Shown: positions 44,308 through 52,708 of the stretch, in pieces
Numbering within the stretch: position 1 is the stretch's first letter
How the letters are laid out: every line of letters begins with the position of its first letter
NCBI GenBank assembly: GCA_025457615.1
Contig: JALOTZ010000006.1
Location: 63,866 to 127,865 of the forward strand
Source: Verrucomicrobiota bacterium
GTDB lineage: Bacteria > Verrucomicrobiota > Verrucomicrobiia > Limisphaerales > DSYF01
Reading direction: 5' to 3'
Length of the DNA: 64,000 bases
The notes under the pieces: generated by a model
Seen by the model: only the letters and a program-made list of their open reading frames with translations
Databases searched by the model: none
What the model was told of the DNA's origin: nothing
Program-made: the position numbers and the translations under genes

Positions 44308-45960
44308 TTGAAGGCATGGCTTGACTCGGTCTGGAGACGCAGTCGCTACCCGCATGCGGCGGCGGCGGGCGTCCTGCTGGCGCTGGCCTTCCCCAATGCG
44401 CAGATCGCCGGCCTGGCCTGGGTGGCGCCGGCACTGATCCTGGGCCTGGCCGCAGCCACCGACCTCCGACAAGCCTTCCGCATCGGCTATGTCGCCGGAC
44501 TGGCCTACCACCTGACCTCGCTCTCCTGGCTGCTGCTCATCCCGGTGCACCTCTTCCCTATCTTGGGCTGGCTGGCGCTGAGCGCTTACCTCTCGCTGTT
44601 CACGGCGGTCTGGGTCTGGGGCGCCTGGCGGCTTTGGCCCGGAGGCACGGGTTCGACACAAGGCAACGGGCAACCGATGGAACCCCTTCCCATCGCCTGG
44701 CCAGGCTGGACCCGCCGCGCGGCCTGGATGATCGGGGTGGCGGCACTGTGGGTCGGGCTCGAAACGCTGCGCGCCCGGTTGCTTGGGGGCTTCCCTTGGA
44801 ATCCCCTGGGCGCTTCCCAGTTTGAACTGGTTCCTTTGCTGCACCTCTCGAGGCTCACCGGGGTCTATGGCCTCTCCTTCCTCGTGATCTGGTTTTCCGC
44901 GGGCCTGACCTGCGCGGGCTTGGGATTGCTGCAAGCGCGCCCGGGCCGCCGGGCCGGACTGGCGGACGTTGCCCTCCCACTGCTGGTCATTGCGACCGCG
45001 TTTGCGTGGGGACTGCATGAAATCCGGTCCGCCTCCAATCCAATCCGGCAACTCAAAGTCGCGGTGATCCAACCCAGCATCCCGCAGACCGAAATCTGGG
45101 ATCCGGCGGAGAACGAAGCGCGCTTCGCCGAGGTGATCCGGCTTTCCCAAGAAGCCTTGACGACGCAACCCGACCTGCTGCTCTGGCCGGAAGCCGCCGT
45201 GCCGACGCTGCTGCGCTGGGACGAACCCACCTACACCGCCATCACCAGCCTCGCCCGTTCCAACCAGGTCTGGATGATCATTGGCGCGGACGATGCCATT
45301 CCCGGGCCGACCCCGGACGAGGAGGTCAGCTACTTCAACAGTGCCTGGCTGATCGGGCCGGATGGCGAGATCCGCGCCACCTATCGCAAACAGCAGTTGG
45401 TGGCATTCGGCGAAGAGGTGCCGTTCCGTCGCTGGCTGCCCTTCCTGAAATGGTTCACCCCCATCACCGGCGCCTTCACGCGCGGGACGGGGTTTGTGCC
45501 CTTTGTCATGGAGAGCCTCGAAGCCGAAACCAGCATCCTCATCTGTTTTGAAGACGTCTTCCCTCACCTGGCGCGCAAGGGGGTCGGGGCCGGAACGGAC
45601 TTCCTTGTCAACCTGACCAATGACGGATGGTTCCGGGAAGGGTCGGCGCAACGTCAACAGGCCGCCAATGCAGTGTTCCGCGCCGTGGAAAACGGCGTGC
45701 CGTTGGTGCGCTGCACCAACAACGGCCAGACCTGCTGGGTGGATCCCTTCGGACGAATCGTCGAAACCTTCACCGATGACGCGGGGCACCTCTACGGCGC
45801 GGGTTGGACCCTCTTCTCGGTCTCGATCCCGGATCGGGGGCCCCAGGGCGCCACCTTCTACAACCGCCGTGGGGATGTGTTCGGCTGGATGTGCGTTGCC
45901 GTCGGAGCTGGAGCGTTGTTGCGGCTCTGGAGGCGGCGCGATCCGGCCGCGGATTCCTGA
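44308..45960 (+). CDS. lnt: Apolipoprotein N-acyltransferase
   Basis: N-terminal polytopic region (AAAGVLLALAFPN...). C-terminal CN-hydrolase domain (LLLWPEAAVP, ILICFEDVFP). The track start ATG 44182 lies inside the MITE, so in-frame TTG 44308 is proposed. Start uncertain. Confidence 0.8.
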   Translation: MKAWLDSVWRRSRYPHAAAAGVLLALAFPNAQIAGLAWVAPALILGLAAATDLRQAFRIGYVAGLAYHLTSLSWLLLIPVHLFPILGWLALSAYLSLFTAVWVWGAWRLWPGGTGSTQGNGQPMEPLPIAWPGWTRRAAWMIGVAALWVGLETLRARLLGGFPWNPLGASQFELVPLLHLSRLTGVYGLSFLVIWFSAGLTCAGLGLLQARPGRRAGLADVALPLLVIATAFAWGLHEIRSASNPIRQLKVAVIQPSIPQTEIWDPAENEARFAEVIRLSQEALTTQPDLLLWPEAAVPTLLRWDEPTYTAITSLARSNQVWMIIGADDAIPGPTPDEEVSYFNSAWLIGPDGEIRATYRKQQLVAFGEEVPFRRWLPFLKWFTPITGAFTRGTGFVPFVMESLEAETSILICFEDVFPHLARKGVGAGTDFLVNLTNDGWFREGSAQRQQAANAVFRAVENGVPLVRCTNNGQTCWVDPFGRIVETFTDDAGHLYGAGWTLFSVSIPDRGPQGATFYNRRGDVFGWMCVAVGAGALLRLWRRRDPAADS

Positions 45961-46364
45961 AACACCGCGCCCGATCCATGGACCTGCCGCCGTGGAGGTG
46001 AGTCCTCGCACTATTCGCCCCTCTGGCAATCACCGCCGACGCACATCCGGAAGCCAGCCACCTGATCCACGGCTCCCCGGGGCCTCCACCTTTTCGTGAT
46101 CGACGCGTTCGAGGCGGATGGGCTGGGTTCAGGATTGAAAGCCCCGGGCCGTTTGACACAACCCCGGACGAGACCCAGCTTGACTCAGGCAGGGCCGCTT
46201 GGGCGACAGATGAGTTGCCAGGGAGCCAGGGTTGGGAACTGGAATGGCGCGTTGAGAGCCGCCGAGGATCTGGGCAGGCGGGCCAAGGCAGGGATGAAGG
46301 CCGATGCCCTGGCAGGCCAGTGCGGCTCTGGAAAACGAAAACCAATGCAGATTGGAGGTCCGTC

Positions 46365-46871
46365 ATGAAAATGGTAAACACATCCGCCCGCGCGACCCGC
46401 GGGGCGACCGATCCGCGACGAGCGAATCTCGATTGGAAACGGATTCTCGTGCCGCTGGACTTTTCTGACAGTTCCATGCAGGCGCTCCACCATGCCATCC
46501 CGCTGGCGCGCCGATCGGGGGGCACGTTGGTGCTCCTGCATGTGGTGCAGTTCCCCATCCTGCCGACGCCGGTGGTCACGGGAGGAGCGGTCGGCCACAT
46601 GAAGGAAGCGCACAAGGCGCTGATCAAAAACGCCAGAACACAACTCGACAGAATCATCAGACAAACCTGCACGCCAGGACTGGTCACCCACAAAGTCGTA
46701 ACCGTCGGTCTGGCGTGGGATGAAATCATCAAGGCGGCCAAACGACTGAAATGCGACCTTGTCGTGGTCAGCATTCATACCCGACGTGGCCTGCCTCGCA
46801 TGCTCTCGAGCCACACCGCGGAACACGTCGTCCGCATGGCGAGCTGCCCGGTGTTGGTCGTTCAGGGCTGA
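46365..46871 (+). CDS. Universal stress protein (UspA family)
   Basis: ILVPLDFSDSS, LVLLHVV, and the C-terminal SIHTRRGLPRMLSSHTAEHVVRMASCPVLVV. RBS GGAGG at 46354-46358. Confidence 0.8.
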   Translation: MKMVNTSARATRGATDPRRANLDWKRILVPLDFSDSSMQALHHAIPLARRSGGTLVLLHVVQFPILPTPVVTGGAVGHMKEAHKALIKNARTQLDRIIRQTCTPGLVTHKVVTVGLAWDEIIKAAKRLKCDLVVVSIHTRRGLPRMLSSHTAEHVVRMASCPVLVVQG

Positions 46872-46905
46872 AACCCGCCCGCTGCCCATGTCCGGGTTGC
46901 GAGTC

Positions 46906-46939
46906 GCCGTGCGCCAAGGGTAACTGTTACCCGGGAGGG
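46906..46939 (+). promoter_or_regulatory. Conserved 34-nt motif, copy 1 (contains palindrome GGGTAAC-T-GTTACCC)
   Basis: GCCGTGCGCCAAGGGTAACTGTTACCCGGGAGGG matches 50086-50119 at 32/34 positions. Lies 79 nt upstream of the FHA gene start. Confidence 0.35.
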
Positions 46940-47018
46940 TGAGTTCAGGCAGCGAGTTTGGGTTGGACACCAGGCCCTGCGCCGCTCATGCTGCGCGCAG
47001 CTCAGGAAATCGACGCGC

Positions 47019-47627
47019 ATGGCCAGCCTGATCCGACAATCCGGGGATGATCCTGGGGATGTCATCCACCTCAAACCGGGGGTGAACCGCTTTGGCACCG
47101 GCGAGAAATGCGACTTCATCGTGGACCATTCCAGTGTCTCGAAGGCGCATTGCGACCTGATTGTGGATGAGGAGGGACTGACGGTGCGCGACCTGGATTC
47201 CGAGAATGGCACCTTTGTGGACGAAAGTCCCGTTGCCGAATCCAAGGTCCTCATCGGCCAGACCATTCGCATGGGCGAAGTGCGCCTGTTGGTGGCGGAT
47301 GACAAGCTGCAGAGCGCCAAGTCCACCCAGGAACTGCGCTCGGCCGCGGTCGAGGTTCGCTACTGTCAACAGCATCCGGACGCGGAGGTGGCCTTCCAAT
47401 GCCCCCAATGCGGCGCCGTGATGTGCATTCATTGCGTCCGCGTACTCAAGGTCCACCAAGGCCACGGCCTCTGCCTCTGCCCCCACTGCAGTCACGAATG
47501 CGAGTCCCTCATCGCCAAGGATACCCACGAACTCGAACAGGTGATTAATCAACTGGTCATGGTGCGGCGCGCCTTCGCCCCGCGCCCTCACCGCCCCGCC
47601 CCGCCCACTCCCTCGGATTCAGTTTGA
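47019..47627 (+). CDS. FHA domain protein with C-terminal Cys/His-rich zinc-ribbon (B-box-like) module
   Basis: FHA: NRFGTGEKCDFIVDHSSVSKAHCDLIVDEEGLTVRDLDSENGTFV. Then CQQHPD...CPQCG..MCIHC.......H..C.CPHCSHEC. Confidence 0.75.
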   Translation: MASLIRQSGDDPGDVIHLKPGVNRFGTGEKCDFIVDHSSVSKAHCDLIVDEEGLTVRDLDSENGTFVDESPVAESKVLIGQTIRMGEVRLLVADDKLQSAKSTQELRSAAVEVRYCQQHPDAEVAFQCPQCGAVMCIHCVRVLKVHQGHGLCLCPHCSHECESLIAKDTHELEQVINQLVMVRRAFAPRPHRPAPPTPSDSV

Positions 47628-49214
47628 CCCGCGTGAGCCCAGGAAATCCGCCCACAGGCCCCGCTCCACGTAACAGGCGCGAAACACCCCGCGGCGCAAT
47701 TGGAAGGCCCCGGCATTCACATACGCCGAATCCGTGTCCAGGTGCGGCGCCCACCTCGGGGACACGACCAGCACGGGCGCCCGGGGGGCCGGCGGAAGTT
47801 CCGACCACCACCCCACGCGCGTGAAGCGCCTCAACTCGTAAGGCAGCGGCCAGTAATCATCCTGCTCGCAAACCACCTGGATGTTCAGGTTCAGGCCGGC
47901 CGGATCTGCCGTCGTCAGTTGTTGGATCAGGGCGGTCAGATTGCGAATGTCTGGGGCGGTGTCCCCGTAGGCCCATGGATTCTGGCGCGTGGCAACCGGT
48001 GAATGTGAGAGCGTCCAGGCCTGCCAGGCGCCATGGCCAAGGAGGCAGAGCGTGAGCGCGGCCACTCCCACCCGCCGCGGCATCCGGTCAACCCCACCCC
48101 ACAAGACCGCCAAGCCCACCCCAGCCAGCAGCGTCATCACCAGCGCCACCCCCAGGATGCACCAGGGCGTCTTGTAAGGAATGGCCGAATACAGCGCGAA
48201 CAGAAGAGCCCCGTAAAGTCCCAACCACCGAACAAACGCTCCGCTGGCTTCACCCAGTCCCCGTCGGGCAAACGCCGCCCCAACCCCCACCAACGCAAGG
48301 CCCAGCAGGCCCAGTTCCGTCCAAGGCGCCCACCCTCCCGAGGAGTGCCAGAGGAGTCGTTCGACGAAAAACCACCAGGGATGAAGATGCGCCGACTCCC
48401 CACCCGCCCGGCTCAACCACGGCCCATAGGTGCGAATGGAATCCCATAGGCCGGCTGGATTGCGTCCGAAAGAACTGAACAACAACGCCCACACCCCACC
48501 CCACGCCGCCAACCCGACGAGAGCATGGACGGCGCGGGGTCGAGCCCCCGCCGTCTGCCCGGCCGCAGCGCGCAGCCCCACGGACTGAGGCGCGCTTCCG
48601 AAACCAGGGGAGCCCTCGGTAAGCCGCAGCAGTGCGTACCCAGAGCCCATCGCCACCAGGTTCAACACAAAGGTTTCCTTCGTGGCGTGCATGAGACCAA
48701 GACAGCCCCCCACCCCGACCGCCCACCCCCACCCCGGGCGACGTGCATACCGCCACACACTGGCTAGCAGCAGCAACGTGGAGGCGACCAGCAGGATCTC
48801 GTGGATGTAATCGCGGCTAAAGAACACCAGGGAGGGCGAGAGCGCGAGGCACACAGCCGCCCAGGCGGTGCCGGCCCGGCCCAGTGCGTCCCGCACCAGG
48901 ATCAGCGCCGGAATCATCCCCACACCGACCAGGACGGTCAGCCAACGGAAGCTGGCTTCGGTGGTGTCTTCAAACCGCTGCCATCCGGTCACCCTCGCCA
49001 GGAATAGGGTGGCGTAGTGCAAGGCGGGACCATGGAATTCCTCCGGATCGTATGCGTAGCGACCTCGGGTCAGCAGGTCCCGAAACTTGACCGCGTTGAC
49101 CGCCTCGTCGTTATGGAAAGGGCGCTGATCCAGATTGGGCAACCGAAGGATCAGCGCCAGGAAGACACTCAGTCCCAGCGCCAGGGCCAGCGCCAGTGTC
49201 AGCGGACGGTTCAT
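47619..49214 (-). CDS. GT-C fold glycosyltransferase, family 39 / TIGR03663-like
   Basis: Polytopic membrane protein. N-terminus RLPNLDQRPFHNDEAVNAVKF..., YDPEEFHGPALHY. Convergent 9-nt overlap with the FHA gene. Confidence 0.7.
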   Translation of the reverse strand: MNRPLTLALALALGLSVFLALILRLPNLDQRPFHNDEAVNAVKFRDLLTRGRYAYDPEEFHGPALHYATLFLARVTGWQRFEDTTEASFRWLTVLVGVGMIPALILVRDALGRAGTAWAAVCLALSPSLVFFSRDYIHEILLVASTLLLLASVWRYARRPGWGWAVGVGGCLGLMHATKETFVLNLVAMGSGYALLRLTEGSPGFGSAPQSVGLRAAAGQTAGARPRAVHALVGLAAWGGVWALLFSSFGRNPAGLWDSIRTYGPWLSRAGGESAHLHPWWFFVERLLWHSSGGWAPWTELGLLGLALVGVGAAFARRGLGEASGAFVRWLGLYGALLFALYSAIPYKTPWCILGVALVMTLLAGVGLAVLWGGVDRMPRRVGVAALTLCLLGHGAWQAWTLSHSPVATRQNPWAYGDTAPDIRNLTALIQQLTTADPAGLNLNIQVVCEQDDYWPLPYELRRFTRVGWWSELPPAPRAPVLVVSPRWAPHLDTDSAYVNAGAFQLRRGVFRACYVERGLWADFLGSRGSN

Positions 49215-49903
49215 GGGGCCGGCCGGCCGTACACTTCAATCTCCACACATTCGTTAAGCGCACTGTCCGTGCTGCCCCTGGTGTAGCTGCGCACATACCG
49301 GCCCTTGACCCCCTGGGCGTCGATCAACCGGCCCTCCGCCGTCTCGAAATACTCGCGATCCTGGCCCGCCCCCAACCCGGAACTGTTGTCGCGGTCGTTG
49401 TTGTAAAGCGTCTGAACGCCCTGCTTGAACCCCGGGTCGTCGGACACCTGCACAATCACGTCGCGATAGATCTTCACCACATCATGCGCGTGCCAGACCA
49501 CGATGGCGAAGATCTCGGACGTCGCACCCAAATCTATCTGCACCCATTGCGTGCCCTTCTTCATGAGGAAGGCGCTGGTGTCGTAGCCCTCCTTGTCGCC
49601 ATCCACAACCTGGGCGGTCGTTGCGCCCGTGGCGCCGGTGCTCGACGTCACCGCCTTGCCCTTGGCCAGGTTCAGCAGGCCCTTGGGCACCATCATCGGC
49701 GGACGCGGCGTGTCGGAGAGCGGTTCCACCTCGGGGTCCACCGCCATGTCCTTCGGCGTCCCCTTGAAGGCCGGGGCCGGCAGTTCCAGGATCAACGGCT
49801 CCAGGTCGGCGGCTGGGGCGCCGGCCAGAAACCCCAGACAGCCCCCAAACCAAAGCAAGTGCAGCAGGTTCCGATGGAAACACACGGGATAAAGTCTGGT
49901 CAT
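49211..49903 (-). CDS. Secreted discoidin (F5/8 type C, CBM32-like) domain protein
   Basis: Signal/anchor, then AQVVDGDKEGYDTSAF....GTQWVQIDLG....IFAIVVWH, GRYVR, VEIEVYG. 4-nt overlap with the downstream GT39-like gene. Confidence 0.7.
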   Translation of the reverse strand: MTRLYPVCFHRNLLHLLWFGGCLGFLAGAPAADLEPLILELPAPAFKGTPKDMAVDPEVEPLSDTPRPPMMVPKGLLNLAKGKAVTSSTGATGATTAQVVDGDKEGYDTSAFLMKKGTQWVQIDLGATSEIFAIVVWHAHDVVKIYRDVIVQVSDDPGFKQGVQTLYNNDRDNSSGLGAGQDREYFETAEGRLIDAQGVKGRYVRSYTRGSTDSALNECVEIEVYGRPAP

Positions 49904-50085
49904 GAGCTTGGCCTTTCCTGGATGTCAAAGTATGGCATCAACGCGGGATGTATTACGGGAAATTCCACGACGGCACAAGCGACACCTCCTCCCCCAGCGA
50001 CTCTTCCCATGAACCTAGGGGCAAAATGGGGCCGCGCTGCGCGCGGCCCGGCGCCAGAGCACCGGCGCCCTGCCCGGTTCATGGC

Positions 50086-50119
50086 GCCGTGCGCCAAGAG
50101 TAAGTGTTACCCGGGAGGG
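50086..50119 (+). promoter_or_regulatory. Conserved 34-nt motif, copy 2, in the galK upstream region
   Basis: GCCGTGCGCCAAGAGTAAGTGTTACCCGGGAGGG, 32/34 identical to 46906-46939. Confidence 0.35.
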
Positions 50120-50128
50120 AAGAGAATG

Positions 50129-50161
50129 ACCGGATTCATTTGACAGCCAATCCGGTTTTCT
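50129..50161 (+). terminator. Terminator-like hairpin in the galK leader (possible attenuator; loop contains TTGACA)
   Basis: ACCGGATT (50129-50136) pairs with AATCCGGT (50149-50156) across a 12-nt loop, with tail TTTCT. Lies 86 nt upstream of the galK ATG. Confidence 0.35.
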
Positions 50162-50246
50162 GCAAGAAAGCAGTCAACTCAGGGGCGGCGGGACGACTGA
50201 ATTGCCACCCCGGCCTTGTTCACCCATCAACAGCACAAGCAGCATC

Positions 50247-51422
50247 ATGACACTCGAAGCCCTCATTCAAGACGTAACGCGCGCCTTCCGCACCCGCTAT
50301 CAGCGTGATCCCCAGTGGGTGGTGGCCGCGCCCGGCCGGGTGAACCTGATCGGGGAACACACCGACTACAACGACGGATTTGTGTTCCCCATGGCCATCG
50401 AGCGCTACACCGTGATCGCCGCCGCCCGCCCGATCTCCGGCGCCAACGGCACGATCACGTGGATGGCCAACGAACTGCAGGAGGATTTCATTGTGGACGC
50501 CTCCCAACCCATTCTGAAGGGCTCACCCAAGTGGTCGAACTACGTCCGCGGCGTGCTGGCGGGCTGCCAGCAGAAGGGCATCCCCTTGGGTGGCTTTGAC
50601 GCCCTGATGGGGACAACGGTCCCGATCGGAGGCGGCCTGTCCAGCAGCGCCGCGCTCGAGGTGGCCGCCGCCACCCTGATCGAGACCATTTCCGGCAAAC
50701 AGCTCGATCCGGTCGAGAAGGCGTTGCTCTGCCAGAGGGCCGAACATGATTACGCCGGCGTGCCTTGCGGCATCATGGACCAGTTCGTCTCCGTGATGGG
50801 CAGGAAGGATCACCTGCTGCTGCTGGATTGCCGGTCCAGGACACCCGAGCTGGTGCCCATGAGCGACAACTCGGTGGCGATCCTGATCTTCAACACGAAC
50901 GTCAAACACGAATTGTCCGGAGGCGAATACGCCGAACGCCGGGCGCATTGCGAGGAAGCCGCCCGGACGCTCGGCATCCCCGCCCTGCGCGACGCCACCC
51001 TGCCCATGCTCGAGGCGTCCCGGGAGAAGCTTGGACCGGTGGCCTTCCGCCGCGCCCGGCACGTGGTGGGCGAGAATGATCGCACCACCCAGGCCGCCGC
51101 TGCCATCCGCAAGGGGGATTGGAAACAGGTGGGCTCGCTGATGTACGCCAGCCACGAGTCCCTGCGCGACGATTACGAGGTGAGTTGCGCCGAACTGGAC
51201 GTGGTCGTGAACCTGGCCCGCCAGATCGGCGTCGCCGGCGGCGTTTTCGGCTGCCGCATGACCGGCGGCGGTTTCGGCGGATGCACCGTGGCTCTGATCA
51301 AAGCCTCCGCCACCGACTCCATCAGCAAGAAACTGGTCGATGGCTACAAGCGCGAGGTCGGCATCGAACCCACCGTGTTCGTGTCCCGCCCCGCGGCCGG
51401 CGCCACCGTGATCAAGGGATGA
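50247..51422 (+). CDS. galK: Galactokinase
   Basis: [22 protein letters not shown] signature. GHMP kinase motif [23 protein letters not shown]. Confidence 0.92.
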   Translation: MTLEALIQDVTRAFRTRYQRDPQWVVAAPGRVNLIGEHTDYNDGFVFPMAIERYTVIAAARPISGANGTITWMANELQEDFIVDASQPILKGSPKWSNYVRGVLAGCQQKGIPLGGFDALMGTTVPIGGGLSSSAALEVAAATLIETISGKQLDPVEKALLCQRAEHDYAGVPCGIMDQFVSVMGRKDHLLLLDCRSRTPELVPMSDNSVAILIFNTNVKHELSGGEYAERRAHCEEAARTLGIPALRDATLPMLEASREKLGPVAFRRARHVVGENDRTTQAAAAIRKGDWKQVGSLMYASHESLRDDYEVSCAELDVVVNLARQIGVAGGVFGCRMTGGGFGGCTVALIKASATDSISKKLVDGYKREVGIEPTVFVSRPAAGATVIKG

Positions 51423-52453
51423 ACTTCGATCCGGAGAAGCACCCGCACCGGCGCTTCAACCCGCTGAGCGGCGAATGGATCCTGGTCTCGCCGCACCGCA
51501 CCCAGCGGCCGTGGCAGGGACAGAAGGAAAGCGCCGGCGGCGGGTCCCGTCCGCCCCATGATCCCCAGTGCTACCTCTGCCCGCGCAACGAGCGGGCGGG
51601 CGGCGCGAGGAACCCGGACTACCCCGACACGTTTGTTTTCCGGAACGATTACTCCGCGATGCTGCCCGACACCCCGCTGGCGGGCGGCGCCCCGCAGGGC
51701 CTGCTTCAGTGCGAGCCGGTGCGTGGCGAGTGCCGTGTCATCTGCTTTTCGCCGCGTCACGACCTCACGCTGCCAGAGATGGAGTCCAGCCAGATCCTGA
51801 AAGTCGTCAACCTCTGGGCGGATCAGGTCAACGACCTGGGCTCACGCCATCGCTGGGTGCAGGTCTTCGAGAACAAAGGCGCCGTCATGGGCTGCTCGAA
51901 TCCGCATCCGCACGGTCAGATCTGGGCCGGCAATTTCATCCCGCGCTTTCCCGCCCAGGAGGAGGATGCGCAGCGGAATTACCTGCGCACCCATTCCACC
52001 GTGCTGCTGCTGGACTATTTGCAGGCCGAGGAGGCGGCCAGGACACGGATCGTCGAGGCCAATGCCCACTGGGTGATGCTGGTCCCTTATTGGGCCGTCT
52101 GGCCGTTTGAACTCCTGCTCCTGCCCCGTCGCCACGTGCCGCGTCTGCCCGACCTGACCCCGGACGAGCGCGCCGCACTGGCGGAGATTCTCAAACGCAG
52201 CCTGACGCGCTACGACAACCTGTTTGAAACCTCGTTCCCCTACTCCATGGGCTGGCACGGGGCGCCGACTGACGACGGCGACTTCCGCCACTGGCAGTTG
52301 CACGCGCATTTCTATCCGCCCCTGCTCCGCTCCGCCACGGTGAAGAAATTCATGGTGGGTTACGAGATGCTCGCGGAACCCCAGCGCGACATCACCGCCG
52401 AACAGGCGGCTCAACGCCTTCGCGACCTGCCAGCCCGGCATTACAACGGGTAG
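51419..52453 (+). CDS. galT: Galactose-1-phosphate uridylyltransferase
   Basis: [28 protein letters not shown], and the active-site [11 protein letters not shown] overlap with galK. Confidence 0.9.
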   Translation: MNFDPEKHPHRRFNPLSGEWILVSPHRTQRPWQGQKESAGGGSRPPHDPQCYLCPRNERAGGARNPDYPDTFVFRNDYSAMLPDTPLAGGAPQGLLQCEPVRGECRVICFSPRHDLTLPEMESSQILKVVNLWADQVNDLGSRHRWVQVFENKGAVMGCSNPHPHGQIWAGNFIPRFPAQEEDAQRNYLRTHSTVLLLDYLQAEEAARTRIVEANAHWVMLVPYWAVWPFELLLLPRRHVPRLPDLTPDERAALAEILKRSLTRYDNLFETSFPYSMGWHGAPTDDGDFRHWQLHAHFYPPLLRSATVKKFMVGYEMLAEPQRDITAEQAAQRLRDLPARHYNG

Positions 52454-52667
52454 CTCTTTGTCCTCCCTTCTCCTCCTCCTGCTCCCTGTCACAACACCCC
52501 GCTCCCCGTAGCCGCCCGACATCCGTCGGCGCCCTCATTCCAAATCCTCGACACGCCCCCGCCCTCACCAGCCGCCCGCGGGAAGGACCGGCGCAGCCCC
52601 ACGTCCACCGCATCGCAGCCTCCGCACGTCGGTCGCTACGTCTTGCTTTGGAAGGGCTTGCCCTCCG

Positions 52668-52696
52668 TTGACATGACCCCGCCCAATCCATAATCT
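52668..52696 (+). promoter_or_regulatory. Sigma-70-type promoter candidate giving a near-leaderless transporter mRNA
   Basis: TTGACA (52668-52673), then N15-CATAAT (52689-52694) or N17-TAATCT. The ATG is at 52709 and no Shine-Dalgarno sequence lies between. Confidence 0.35.
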
Positions 52697-52708
52697 CGCC
52701 GCACATCT

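Noticed and set aside
45961-46364. 404-bp spacer after lnt examined for an sRNA or small gene. It contains long-range pairing GTGGAGG...CCTCCACCTTTTCG and TTGACA/TTGACT hexamers.
   Set aside because: The pairing partners are 85 nt apart with no convincing intervening structure. No -10 box sits at the right spacing from either hexamer. There is no credible ORF. The evidence is insufficient.
46185-46970. 261-aa minus-strand ORF competing with the usp gene.
   Set aside because: The plus-strand frame has clear UspA motifs and a GGAGG RBS. The minus-strand translation has no motif and covers intergenic sequence on both sides.
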